Assembly: GCA_004431415.1 (NCBI GenBank)
Contig: QPMI01000666.1
Coordinates: forward strand, 75,118 to 139,117
Source: Cyanophora paradoxa CCMP329
Lineage: Eukaryota; Plantae; Glaucophyta
Direction: 5' to 3'
DNA: 64,000 nucleotides
In this document: positions 47,016-57,827 of the stretch, piece after piece
How the letters are laid out: every line of letters starts with the position of its first letter
How positions within the stretch are numbered: position 1 is the first letter of the stretch
Program-made: the position numbers and the translations under genes
Notes under the pieces: generated by a model
Told to the model about the DNA's origin: nothing
What the model saw: only the letters and a program-made list of their open reading frames with translations
Database searches by the model: none

Positions 47016-47298
47016 GACTCACCGTAGCTTGGTGTAGCTCAGGCCCAGGCGGGGAAGGCGAGTCTGCAATGAATCAGACCCCACAGGATTTGGTTGAGCT
47101 GCTCTTTGCAGGGGGGCAGGAAGGCGGCCGCAGAGGGCTAGGGAGACTAGATCTAATTAGTAATCCCACACCGCGCATGTGCAAGCGACAGAGAACGAAG
47201 TGAGTAAATGCAGATCGATGATACGGCAATCATGAGTTGTTCAGAAAAGGTCGGGACACATAGAGAGTGCATGCCCTCACTCTCGTCCGCCCTCGCAA

Positions 47299-47348
47299 TG
47301 TCCCGACCCTCCCAGATCTTTAAATTAATATCTCAAAAGGTCGAGACA
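47299..47348 (-). repeat. Single palindrome unit in reverse orientation, downstream of the helicase
   Basis: Reverse complement of 51216-51265 with one mismatch. Confidence 0.9.
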
Positions 47349-47449
47349 TTCATTGATCATATGCATGACGTCACTTGAATTCGCACGTTCGTATTTACAC
47401 ACTGGCACGCGCATCCCGTTCGCGAAGTCCACACTGTGACATCCGACAA

Positions 47450-50400
47450 TCACACGCGCCTGTGAATGAGAGCATAGCAGTCGGAGAAAACGTTGTAAAC
47501 CTCTGGGAAGCTTGGCGCCATGCCTGCCCTTGCCTGCTTAGCCTGGCGCTCTACTGCGTCGTCGAGCATGTCTTCCTCCCACGTGATGTAGCGTCGCTTT
47601 CGGCTGCCCATTTGCCCTCCGTCCGCGTCGGAGAAAGCGCGTCTCACTCCGAGGTACTTCTCCAGCAGGTACTTGATGACTTGCCAAGACTGCTGCGAGA
47701 GCCGCTTCTTCTCACCGTCCGCTGCATCGAAGCGGGGCGCGCGCTCGTCCAGACTCTGCAGAGCCGCGTACGCCTCCCGACCCTCCGGCGACGCCAGGGC
47801 CGCGTAGGCTTCGTCCGACCACAGAGCACGCCCCGCGAGCTTTCCATACCCCGCCAGCCGAAGAGTTTCTTGAACAGCGCGACGACCTTCGATACCTTGA
47901 GGCGCTCAGCAGTAGGCACGATCTCGGCAACGTCCGCGCCATGCTTCAGCACCAGCGTGACCACGGCAGTGAGCGGGATGGAGTAGAACGAATCCCACAT
48001 CCAGGCGACGTCTCCTTCGGTCAGCTCGCTCGGATCCTTGGCCAGGAACGCGGCGATCGACGTGCGAGCAAGCGAAGCAACCTTCTCGATGTCCAGCTTA
48101 GCGAGAGACTCGCGGGACTGCCTCCAGGCCAGCACCGTGCTCCACAGATCGACGGGCTCCAGCGCGCCCGCCTCCAGCACGCTCCTGATCTCGCGCAGCC
48201 GCTGCTCCTTCTCCTGCTTCGGTCCGCTCGGGTTTTGATCCTCCGTGACTTGCACGTTCATCAGCGCGCAGGTCGACATCAGCCGCAGGCGCGCTGCCAC
48301 TGCGAGGCGCCGAGTGGGCATGCCGGCGCGGCGGCTCCCGCGGTGGCTAGCCTTCAGGTCCAGGTAGCGCTGCATGTCGTCCGAGCTCTCGTCGTCGTCG
48401 CTCTCACGCCAGTGCGCAGCCGCCGCGCCGACCGCAACCGAGGGCGTCCGGTTCTTGCGCACGGCGACGAGCAGGTGCTCCCCGTCGGGCGTGCTGCGTT
48501 TGCGCAGCCTTCTGACTCGAAACAGCAGCTGCACGATGTCGTCCGCCTCCAGCTGCGCGGGCTCCGCCTGGAACACGCCGTAGACCTTGTCAAAGTGCGC
48601 GTCCGAAAAGTCCACGCCTGCCCCGAGCGCGGAAGTTGCGATGAGCACGTCGCAGGCCTTGTACGCGCCCTCCTCAGACACATCGATCGACACGATGCCC
48701 ACAGATCGACGGGCTCCAGCGCGCCCGCCTCCAGCACGCTCCTGATCTCGCGCAGCCGCTGCTCCTTCTCCTGCTTCGGTCCGCTCGGGTTTTGATCCTC
48801 CGTGACTTGCACGTTCATCAGCGCGCAGGTCGACATCAGCCGCAGGCGCGCTGCCACTGCGAGGCGCCGAGTGGGCATGCCGGCGCGGCGGCTCCCGCGG
48901 TGGCTAGCCTTCAGGTCCAGGTAGCGCTGCATGTCGTCCGAGCTCTCGTCGTCGTCGCTCTCACGCCAGTGCGCAGCCGCCGCGCCGACCGCAACCGAGG
49001 GCGTCCGGTTCTTGCGCACGGCGACGAGCAGGTGCTCCCCGTCGGGCGTGCTGCGTTTGCGCAGCCTTCTGACTCGAAACAGCAGCTGCACGATGTCGTC
49101 CGCCTCCAGCTGCGCGGGCTCCGCCTGGAACACGCCGTAGACCTTGTCAAAGTGCGCGTCCGAAAAGTCCACGCCTGCCCCGAGCGCGGAAGTTGCGATG
49201 AGCACGTCGCAGGCCTTGTACGCGCCCTCCTCAGACACATCGATCGACACGATGCGCACTGGGCCCTCGTTCGTGAAGCGCACGCTCTTCTCCTTGGCCT
49301 GCCCAACGATGAGCCCGATCGTGAACGGTGCGCCGCTGCCGTCCTCGGGCCCTGCCTCGAGCTGAGTCACGTACTGAGCGCCGCCCAGGCTGAGCTGCTC
49401 CAGCGCCTGCTTCGCAATCTTCTCCTGCAGCTCGATCGCCTTGGCCGGCGTCTCCGCGATGATCATGGCCCGCGAGCGCCCAGGTCGGCACTGCACCATG
49501 ATGTCCGCCTCGACGTGCGCCGGGCTGTCTGACACGCGCATCTTCCAGTCGCAGGTGCGATGCGAGTTGTACAGGAGCCCCAGGCGCGCCCCGACCTCCT
49601 GCGCCGACTCTGCCAGGTACGCGAGATCGACCGACCGAACGAAGCCGTCCATCGCCACGATGCGCGATGCCTTCATCACGCCGCGCCATAGGCCCACGCA
49701 GCGCGCGTTTCGAGGCACTGACCGCATACCTAGGTGCAGGCCGGTGGGCTCGAGGGTGCCGCTCGAGGTGAGGTGCTTCGTGAGGGAGGAGAGCTCGTCC
49801 AGCACGACCAGTAGCGGCGCCGTCGACCAGCCCTCCCAGTCCTCGAGCACCTTGTGCAGCGAGTCCCATGTGATGACGACGCACCTGCACTCCTCATGGC
49901 GGAAGCCCCACTTGCCATGCGATCCCTTTGAGCTCTCCGGTGGCTTCTTGATGTCCATGTAAAGCACGGCGTCCTTTGACAACTCCGCAGCATCAATGCG
50001 ACGCTTGAGGTCGCGGGAGAAGGCCCGGCGGCAAGTCACGAGGATCACTCGCCAGCCGCCTGCGAGGGCCGGGTCCAGGTACGCATCGATCAGCGCCTGC
50101 GTCTTCCCCGTGTTGAGTCCCGAGCAGATGACGTCGACCTGCGGCTGAGCGGATCTCGGGTTCTGCTCCAGCGCCCCGAATGCGGAGGTAAGGATCTTGC
50201 ACGAGAGGTGGCGTTCATCCACTGCATTGACGCAAGCCTCCAGGCCCGTCGACTCGAGCGCGATCAGGAGGGAGGGGAGGGCAATGTCGAAGGCGACAGG
50301 CTGCGAGGGATCGGTCACATAGCGGGTCTGTGCCACGCTGCCCGACTCCCCTCCGGTCCCCTCCCCTCGAGCTCGACTTCAATACCGTGCGCCTGGATGG

Positions 50401-51125
50401 AGATTCGAGCCGCCGGCGCCCCCGGCTGACTCCCGCCCAGGACGAGGGTGATGGACCCGTCGGGCTCGACTCCAAGGTGCTGAACGCGGCGGGCGTCGTG
50501 CAGGCCAAGGTCCGCGCGCAGCTCTGCCCCCGCCTTCCAGATCTCGTCCCTCACCGCCTTGTTCTTGCGCAGGCGGTCCAGGAGCCGCTCCAAGGCCGGC
50601 AGGCTTGGGCTCGAATCCAGGAGAGCGCCCGGCTCCGGGATGGGCTTAGCGCGGGGCGCCGAGCTTCTGGATGGAGTGGGGAGGAGCTCCGCTCGCGGCC
50701 CGGGCGCCGGCCCCGCAGAACGTAGCCCCCGTGCCATCCACACCGAGCTCCAGGCCGCTCGAGCTCCCAAAGAACCATGCCATGAGATCGCAAGCCTCCG
50801 GGCTCTGTAGGACGTAGGCAGCCTTGAATCCATTATCCAAGGGGCGAGAGAAAGTGAAGCCTCCGAACTTGGTTGCAAAGGCGCAGGCTGCCGCGGTGCT
50901 CGTCTCATCCTCGGCACCCGAGAAGTGGCTGGGGGTGATGCAGGGCGGGTGGAAGACGCAGAAAGCCGTCCCCAGGGTCGGGCTGCAGGCCTTCTGGACT
51001 TCGACGAGAGGGAATCGAACGAAAAAGCTGCACTCCTGCTCGCTCAGATCTATCTGCTGTACCCCGGGCCCGGGCATACGGGCCAGGAAGGCGTCGACGT
51101 CGAGAGACACGCGTCCGGTTGCCAT
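47450..51125 (-). CDS. Herpesvirus UL9-like replication origin-binding SF2 helicase; interrupted by frameshifts and a 557-bp duplication
   Basis: SGLNTGKT (I), VILVTCRRAF (Ia), VVITWDSLHKV (Ib), VVLDELSSL (II), VAMDG (III), IATSALGAGVDF (V), QLLFRVRRL (VI); the N-terminal ~270 aa are unassigned. Confidence 0.85.
48142..49255. repeat. 557-bp tandem duplication inside the helicase (48142-48698 / 48699-49255)
   Basis: Both copies start CCACAGATCGACGGGCTCC and end GACACGATGC; the ORF track shows duplicated peptides. Confidence 0.95.
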
Positions 51126-51215
51126 GGTCGTCTCTCTATAGCTAGGCTTGGAAAATTCTAGATCTACTAGGCTAGTCAACGTCTGTTGGCTAGCTATAGT
51201 CGACGTCTGGACTGC

Positions 51216-51265
51216 TGTCTCGACCTTCTGAGATATTAATTTAAAGATCTGGGAGGGTCGGGACA
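51216..51265 (+). repeat. Single palindrome unit upstream of the helicase
   Basis: TGTCTCGACCTTCTGAGATATTAATTTAAAGATCTGGGAGGGTCGGGACA. Confidence 0.9.
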
Positions 51266-52231
51266 GGCTTTGGTCCGACCTTAAGCGCTCAACTAGACCC
51301 GGTTGACACCGTCTTGATCTCTCCTTCTTGGCGCAGCGGACGATGTGACGCGCAGACCGTCGGCCCGGCGGACGGGGAGGCGCGCGCGTAGAACTTCGGA
51401 AGCGCTAGCCCCTTGCTTGACCGAAGCTTAGAAAGTTTTGAGCGCACGCGAATGCGACACGTGTAGAGAGAAGGCAGAGCGCGCCGGAGCTAGCTTGCGC
51501 GGCCGAGCGCTCGACCGCCTTTGCTCCTAAGCTCAGAAAGTTTTGGGCTCACGCGGTTGCTCCACGTGTTTCGACTCAAAACACAGTACCCCAACCCGAA
51601 AAAAAGCGCCCGGGCAGCGCATCTCGCAGCGCCCGGGCCCAGCGCTCCTTGCAGCACTTGCCAGAGGCACTAGCTTGCATTCCGCTCAGCCCGGAGAGCC
51701 GCCGCCTCGCTCCTTTCGATTCGGAGGTGCGCCTCACTTCGCAACCTCTTTCTCCGCACCACGGCTAGCTCCGGACCTCAGATTTTGGGCGCTGGAAAGC
51801 TCTCTCGACGCCGCACTCACGCCGCCACGCGCAGGGTCGCTCGCGCCGGCCGCGGACCTTCGAAAGCTCGATGGCGCCCGAGCCGGAGCACTCCGCCGCA
51901 TCCCGCAGGTGCCAGCTCGCTCTCTTGCCGCTCTATCCCTTGCATTTAGCACCTAGAACATGCCCCGCAACCTCGCGCTCGATTCGCCCGCGTCCGCTGA
52001 CATTTGGTCTCTGAGCAGGTGCCGAGATTGGCCGCCGCGCCTTCCGCAACTCGAGCCGACGTTCGCGGCGACTTGCGCACGCTTCTAGATCTCGTTCTCA
52101 AGCCCGCGCATCGATTCGGCGGCTCCGGCTCGCCTCCCCGCGCCTCCAGCCCCGCGCCCCACACCCGTTCTTGTCCTAGCTAAGCCCTCCCTTGTCCGCG
52201 GCCAGTCGCGGGCTACGCGCATCGCGGATAG

Positions 52232-53565
52232 CATCAGTGGAGCTACGTTTCAGCGCTGGACGCAGGCCCGCCCGCCCAATCCCTCCCACCTCCCGCTCGC
52301 AGCACGCTCACTGGGCCGCAGGCAGCTTCGCGGGGAGCCGCTGGATTCGAAGCCGCGCACCTTCCCCGCCCGTCCCGACGTCGTACGCGCTAACGTCGCC
52401 CGCGCCGCAGGTGGCCGCCAGGCCTCCTGCATCCAGGCCTTCGAGCCGGTGTGGCTGCGGGAGAAGCGCCTCGCCTTCTGGCAGGAGACGGCCTCCTGCC
52501 CCCTCACCCGCTTCATCATCACCCACTGCGTCGTCGACCCCACCACCTTCCTCGTCGGCTCGGAGACGGAGGGCTGGATGACGAGCGTCGCGGGCATCGT
52601 CGAGTACATCGCGCGCACGGAGGGCCCGGACACCTCCGCCGCCGTCGGCGCTGACATCGAGAACGGCCGGCTGGACGAGACCCTCGCCGGCTTCGGCTCC
52701 TGGTGCCGCCCCTACTCCTACAAGCTCGGCGGCGTCTGGCAGACCTACATCCGCGGCATCGTCCCCAAGGCCCCGCTCTCCCTCGGCGAGAGCCAGCCGG
52801 CGCTGGAGGCGATCGCGATCCCCGTCGCCCAGTTCAAGGACCCGGCGCCCGACGTCGGGCCCTTCCTCGTCAAGCCCCACACCAAGGGCAAGGGCAAGCG
52901 CACCCGCAACTCGGCGCCGGCCTTCCTCCCGCCCCAGCCCCCCGCCACGGCCCCCCAGCAGCGCCCCGGCCAGCAGCGCATCGACGAGATGCTGCCGCGC
53001 CAGGTCCGGCCCCGCGTACCCCCGCCTTCCCTCCCGTACCCCCCTCCCCCGCCCCCTCCTGATCCAAGGGCAGGGTACCCCGACGAACGGCGGCGCGGGC
53101 CCGAGCGGCTACGGGAGCTCGGCCTCCTCCGCGAGCGCCGACGGCCCCAGCCCCCTCCCCGGCCCCGGCGCCGTCCTCACCGCGATCCAGGGCTTCGGGG
53201 CCCAGCAGGAGGCCGAGCGGCGGGCGCTGGCGGCGCGCCAGGCGCGCGAGGCGGAGGAGCGGCGCCAGGCCCTCTGGGCCCAGCGCCTGCAGGAGGCCAC
53301 CGCCTTCCGCGCCGAGCTGGAGGCGGGCTTCCGCGCGGAGCGGATGAGCGCGGCGGAGGCCGTGGAGAGCTGGCGGGCGTTCGAGGACGGGACCGTGGAG
53401 CTGGCGAAGGGCCTCGGCTACAGCTACCGGCGGGCGCCGGTGCCCACCTCGTACGCAAGGCGGGCGGCGCGCGAGGCCTCGCGGGCAAAGATCGACGCGG
53501 CGGAGGAGCAGGCGGCGCGCGAGGAGGCCGAGGACAACGCGCGCTTCCGGCACCTGCACCACTGA
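52232..53565 (+). CDS. Intron-containing hypothetical protein within the element (coiled-coil C-terminus); 5' end unresolved
   Basis: A GT-AG intron at 53004-53073 joins ...EMLPRQ in frame to GTPTNG...QQEAERRAL...RFRHLHH*; probable GC-AG introns at ~52266-52321 and ~52352-52410. Confidence 0.6.
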
Positions 53566-53613
53566 GGCCCGAGGCGGTATTTTTTCTCAACCCTCCCTCA
53601 ATTCGGTCCCGCG

Positions 53614-53802
53614 ATGGCCTTCGAAGCTTATCCTGCCCACTACTCGCTAGGAGCCCTCGCCGCGACCCTCACCTGGCTCCTCGGCGGCACCCCCACGGCC
53701 TCGGCGGTCATCGGCGTGGGCTTTGGCTACGCCGCCAAGAGCCTCTACGCCCCCGGCTGCGCCTCGCAGGCGGCGGCCGGCATGCGCCCCGCCGGGCGCT
53801 AA
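53614..53802 (+). CDS. Small hydrophobic viral protein
   Basis: 62 aa with two hydrophobic stretches; upstream TTTTTTCTCA motif. Confidence 0.6.
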   Translation: MAFEAYPAHYSLGALAATLTWLLGGTPTASAVIGVGFGYAAKSLYAPGCASQAAAGMRPAGR

Positions 53803-53897
53803 CTTTTCAAAGTTCATTCTCCCCTCCCCCTTTTCCGAGTTCCGAGTCCGTTGGCGTTCCCTTTTAAATTTTCTTCATTCTCGTTACACGTTCGAAG

Positions 53898-54377
53898 ATG
53901 TCGAGCGCGGTAGAGAAGCTGCTGTGCACCGTGTTCAAATCGGATTCGCGATGCAGCAAGATCGGCGAGGCGGCGAGGGCTAAGGGTGGGGCGGCGGCGG
54001 AGGGGCCCAGGGTGAGGGCGGCGGATCCCGCGCCGCCGTCGCTGAAAACGATCAAGGGGGCGGGCAAGGGCAGGAGCGTGGGGGCGCTGCCCCTCGTGGC
54101 GATCGCGCCGGGGCAGAGGGAGGCGGCGCACGCGGCGACGGCGGCGCTGGCCGCGCGGCGCCAGGCGGAGGCCTACCCGTGCCTGGGCCGGGGGCTGCAC
54201 CCGCCGGCCGGCCGCCCCTACGCCGTGAGCGCCTACTTCGACGAGGCCAACCGGCTGAGCTGCCAGGAGCTGTGCGACAACCGCATGCGGCGCGCCGTGG
54301 ACGGGCACCTGCCGCTGCTGGTGGCGCTGGGCGGCTCGCTCCTGATGGTCTGGTACCTGCGCGGCCTGGTCATTTAG
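53898..54377 (+). CDS. Viral protein with C-terminal TM helix
   Basis: LPLLVALGGSLLMVWYL; upstream motif. Confidence 0.65.
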   Translation: MSSAVEKLLCTVFKSDSRCSKIGEAARAKGGAAAEGPRVRAADPAPPSLKTIKGAGKGRSVGALPLVAIAPGQREAAHAATAALAARRQAEAYPCLGRGLHPPAGRPYAVSAYFDEANRLSCQELCDNRMRRAVDGHLPLLVALGGSLLMVWYLRGLVI

Positions 54378-54414
54378 ATAGTTTTTCGAAACCCCGGTTG
54401 GAAGCTAGCCAAGG

Positions 54415-54741
54415 ATGAGCTGGCTCGATGCGCTGCTCACGAAGACCTTCGGCCCCAAGGGCCAGCCGCGCCTGCAGTTCGGCGAGATCAACGCGGCGAT
54501 TGGCGCCACGGTGGAGACGAAGAACCGAGAGAACGTCCTGCGCGGCGACGGAGGCGCGTGGGCCGACATTGCGGCGGGCGCCCTGGGCTCCGCGCTCACC
54601 GCACCGGGCAAGGCGGGCCGCGCGCTGACGGACGGGGCCGAGCGCTTCTGGCACTGGCTCAAGGTGGCCGTTGTCATCGCCGCAGCGGTTGTGGCGGGTC
54701 TCCTGGTGCTCGAGGCTCGCGCGCTATTTTCTAAACGCTAG
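54415..54741 (+). CDS. Viral protein with C-terminal TM helix
   Basis: WLKVAVVIAAAVVAGLLVL; upstream motif. Confidence 0.65.
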   Translation: MSWLDALLTKTFGPKGQPRLQFGEINAAIGATVETKNRENVLRGDGGAWADIAAGALGSALTAPGKAGRALTDGAERFWHWLKVAVVIAAAVVAGLLVLEARALFSKR

Positions 54742-54757
54742 GTAAACCGAGCGAACC

Positions 54758-55130
54758 ATGCGCGGCGGCTCTTCCCCCGTGTTTCCTTCGCTGAGAACCC
54801 GGTGGCGAACGCAGTCGCCCCTACCCCCTGGAGCCCGGAGTGAAGCTGGAGCGTGCGAACGCAGTCTCCGTCAAGAAGGCCAAGCGCACGCTGGCGCTGG
54901 AAGTCCCGGTCGCGGAGGATACGGAGAAGGTTGCATTCAACAAGCGCAAGACGTACAAGGCGATACGCGAGGGACAGCTGCTGCCCACGGACTCGGTTCC
55001 CGGGCTGCCGGGCACCACGGCCGGCGAGCTCCTAGTGCGCAACCTGCGCCTGCAGTACGTCTCCCGCCTCCGCCGCTCCAAGGCCAAGAAGGCGCGCCTG
55101 GACTCGGGCGATAGCAGCTCTAGCTCGTAG
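54758..55130 (+). CDS. Basic viral protein (one apparent frameshift near the 5' end)
   Basis: ATG 54758 follows ATTTTCTAA; main frame KLERANAVSVKKAKR...RRSKAKKAR. Confidence 0.55.
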
Positions 55131-55157
55131 GGCTCTGTACTGTTGTATTCAATGCCT

Positions 55158-56130
55158 TTACCAGTTCCTGTTCCTATCCCAGAGCACGACTCGGGTGAAG
55201 GGCACGGTCATAGCGAACATGAACTCGGCGAACTTGGCAAAGTTCATCAGGGTTCCCAGGCGGGGATCCTCCAGTAGATCGCCTCGCGCAGCGCCTCGTA
55301 GACGCGCATGAGGGAGCGCTCGTTCTCCGTCGCGAAGGCGTCGCCGGGCTCGTCGGGGTCGGGATCCGTGAGCTCGGAGTACTCGTCCGAGCTGCCCGCG
55401 CTCTCGGCACCTGCGGCGGGGTCGGGCGAGGGGTCGGGCATTCTTTGCTGGTAGAAGGGCTAGAAGAGGGACCAGAAAATCACTAGCAATCACGGGCGCC
55501 GGAACTCCATCGAGTCGCCGCGCCAGTACTTGTTGCCGGAGGCGAGCAGCTTCATCGGCTCGCCCGTCGAATCGTGCTTCCAGGCCTCGCCGTCCCAGAG
55601 GGCCGTGCCGCCGTCCTCTAGCTTGAGGCGGTGGCCCGGCTCGAGCCGGTTGCCGTCGAGCATGCGGCCGGCCATGAGCGCCAGGTCCCACTCGGTGAGG
55701 TTGCGCTGCTCTGCGGGGGTGAGGCCGCGCTCGACGCGCTCGGGCTGGCGCGCCTCGCGCTCCATGCGGCTGAGGCCCACCAGGAAGAAGATGGGCAGGG
55801 CAAAGGCCATGAGATCTAGCAGGGCCTCCATTGAGGAGGGACTTAGAAAAGGTTCCGGACCAGGCCCGAGAGCTGCGGGCCCAGGCGCCGGGCGGCGTAG
55901 TAGAGCGCGGCCGCCGCCGCCGCAAGGATCAGCAGGCGCGGCGGGCCGCGCGCCGGCTCCTCCAGCGTCAGGTCCACGGTCTCCGGCCCGCGCGCCGGAG
56001 CCGCCAGGATCTCGGGCTCGGAGCAGAGGGACTTGGGCCCACGGCGGCGGCGCTGCTTGGGCGCCGAGGCGGCGGCGGTGAGAAGGTCCTCAGGCTCCTG
56101 CTTGATACCTGCGCAGTCAGTAAAGTCCAT
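55158..56130 (-). CDS. Cluster of four small viral ORFs (55843-56130, 55490-55831, 55247-55441, 55158-55247), two with TM segments
   Basis: Tightly packed; the three larger ORFs follow the upstream motif; TGATG stop/start overlap at ~55247. Confidence 0.55.
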
Positions 56131-56899
56131 GCTTGCTGGGTACCTTGGAAAATTGTGGGAGGCGTCCGGAGATTGCGAACGTAGGAGGGGGGAGAAATGA
56201 CGCGGACGCAAAAGATTCCGTCATGGGTTTTCCGTCATGGGCTGGAACTTGGACTCGGGACTCGGCCGGGAATTCTCCTGGTAAGTTCGAGACTTGAACT
56301 CGGCGGGGTACCCCCTATGTCCAAATGCCCTAGTGTCCCAGAGTCCTAGTGTCCTAGTGTCCTAGTAGTACTAAGTAGTACTAAGTAGGTGGTATCGATA
56401 TCTAGCTAGCTAGCGCTAGCGCTTGCTTAATTAATTACCTGAAAGGTTGCGGAGGTTGCGGACGCGTCACAATTCCGTCATGGGTTTTCCGTCATGGGCT
56501 GGAACTTGGACTCGGGACTCGGCCGGGAATTCTCCTGGTAAGTTCGAGACTTGAACAAGAACGACGTACCCCTCCTATGACCGTTCTATACTACATTAAA
56601 GTATTCATTGATTGTGAATAACGATAATGTCATAGCAACTTCAGTATGATGTCATAGCAACTTGAAATTACCTTCAAGTCGAATAGAGGGGTACAGAGTC
56701 GGTACGTTAGACTTGACAAAAACACGTGTATTTTTTTACGCCGAGTTTTGCGGCCGAGTCCCGAGTCCAAGTTCCAGCCCATGACGGAAAACCCATGACG
56801 GAATTGTGACGCGTCCGCAACCTCCGCAACCTTTCAGGTAAATGTCAGGTAACTTCAGGTTAATTAATTAAGCAAGCGCTAGCAAGCACTAGCTAGATA

Positions 56900-57328
56900 T
56901 CACAGCTCTACCTTGCCCAAGTTGATGGTATCTAGCAAGGCCTGCTCCTCCAAGTCTGCACCACCACCGCCTCCCAGCGCTAGCGCTAGCTCGATACCGC
57001 CTCCGGCCTTGATCTCCCTTGGCTCCAGCCACCTGAGAGGCTCAGGCCACCTCCTCCTGGTGAAGCCGGTATCGTTGCTCTTGTCCAGCTTGAGGTAGCG
57101 GTAGGGCGCCGGCGCCGGCCAGTCCGGCCTGTGGCCGCTTGCCTCCTTGGCTATGTCCTTGGGCCTACGCGGTCGCAGGTCCGCCTTGGCCTTCGCCCTC
57201 TGCAGGGGGCCCAGCGCCTTGAACTTCGGTGCCTTGGTCGCCGGCAGGGCCTTGGGCTGGGGCTTCTGGGGCTTCTGCATCTTCACCGCCTTGGGCTTCG
57301 GCATCCTTGGCTGCTTCGATTTCGGCAT
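56900..57328 (-). CDS. Lys/Pro/Arg-rich basic protein, candidate DNA-condensing core protein
   Basis: MPKSKQPRMPKPKAVKMQKPQKPQPK...; TTTTCTCA motif upstream. Confidence 0.55.
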   Translation of the reverse strand: MPKSKQPRMPKPKAVKMQKPQKPQPKALPATKAPKFKALGPLQRAKAKADLRPRRPKDIAKEASGHRPDWPAPAPYRYLKLDKSNDTGFTRRRWPEPLRWLEPREIKAGGGIELALALGGGGGADLEEQALLDTINLGKVEL

Positions 57329-57566
57329 ACTTCTTGCTCATAAATGAGAAAAGCGCCTCAAAGTCTGCCTTTATCTCCTCCTTGGACCAGGATGTCATCT
57401 GATCCGGGTCACCTGAGAACGGCGCATCGAACGCCACGTGGAGCGATTTGCAGGCCTGGGCAATCATTGGCTCGGGCCATGCCAGCTCGATCAGCTGAAG
57501 GTAGATGTTGAGGGCCTTGTCGAGCTTGGCGCCCTGGGAGACCAGCTGGGAGATGGCGGGCTCCAT
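57165..57566 (-). CDS. Viral hypothetical protein overlapping the basic ORF
   Basis: MEPAISQLVSQG... preceded by ATTTTCTGA. Confidence 0.5.
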   Translation of the reverse strand: MEPAISQLVSQGAKLDKALNIYLQLIELAWPEPMIAQACKSLHVAFDAPFSGDPDQMTSWSKEEIKADFEALFSFMSKKYAEIEAAKDAEAQGGEDAEAPEAPAQGPAGDQGTEVQGAGPPAEGEGQGGPATA

Positions 57567-57721
57567 GGTGGGTAGACTAGCATCAGAAAATGGCGCCAAG
57601 TTCGAATCTATTTTTTTACCGGGAGAGTTTGGGCCCGAGTCCCAGGTCCAAGTTCCAGCCCATGACGGAAAAACCCATGACGGAATCTTTCGCGTCCGCG
57701 TCACTTCTCCCCCCCCCCTCC

Positions 57722-57795
57722 TCAGGTGAGCGCTCACCTGAACCTCACCTGAACGGCCTCTATAAGCACGCGGCACGCGGCGTTCCCCTCACACT
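57722..57795 (+). promoter_or_regulatory. Pol II-type core promoter: 20-bp palindrome, TATA-like box, initiator-like CACACT
   Basis: TCAGGTGAGCGCTCACCTGA (57722-57741), TATAAG (57761), CACACT (57790); same layout before the next two genes. Confidence 0.6.
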
Positions 57796-57827
57796 CTCAA
57801 TCTCTCTCAACGCAACCAGCAAGCAAC

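Larger units (their letters stand above)
56183..57722. repeat. Nested inverted repeats: forward copies 56183-56305 and ~56397-56556, inverted copies ~56751-56901 and 57594-57722
   Basis: Core TTCCGTCATGGGTTTTCCGTCATGGGCTGGAACTTGGAC in four copies; 56435-56525 is the reverse complement of 56751-56841. Confidence 0.92.

Noticed and set aside
47450-51125. Helitron RepHel
   Set aside because: The motifs are SF2 UL9-like rather than Pif1 SF1, and no HUH Rep motifs were recognised
51300-52200. ORFs between the helicase and the intron-containing gene
   Set aside because: Low-complexity translations with no motif support; may hold unresolved 5' exons
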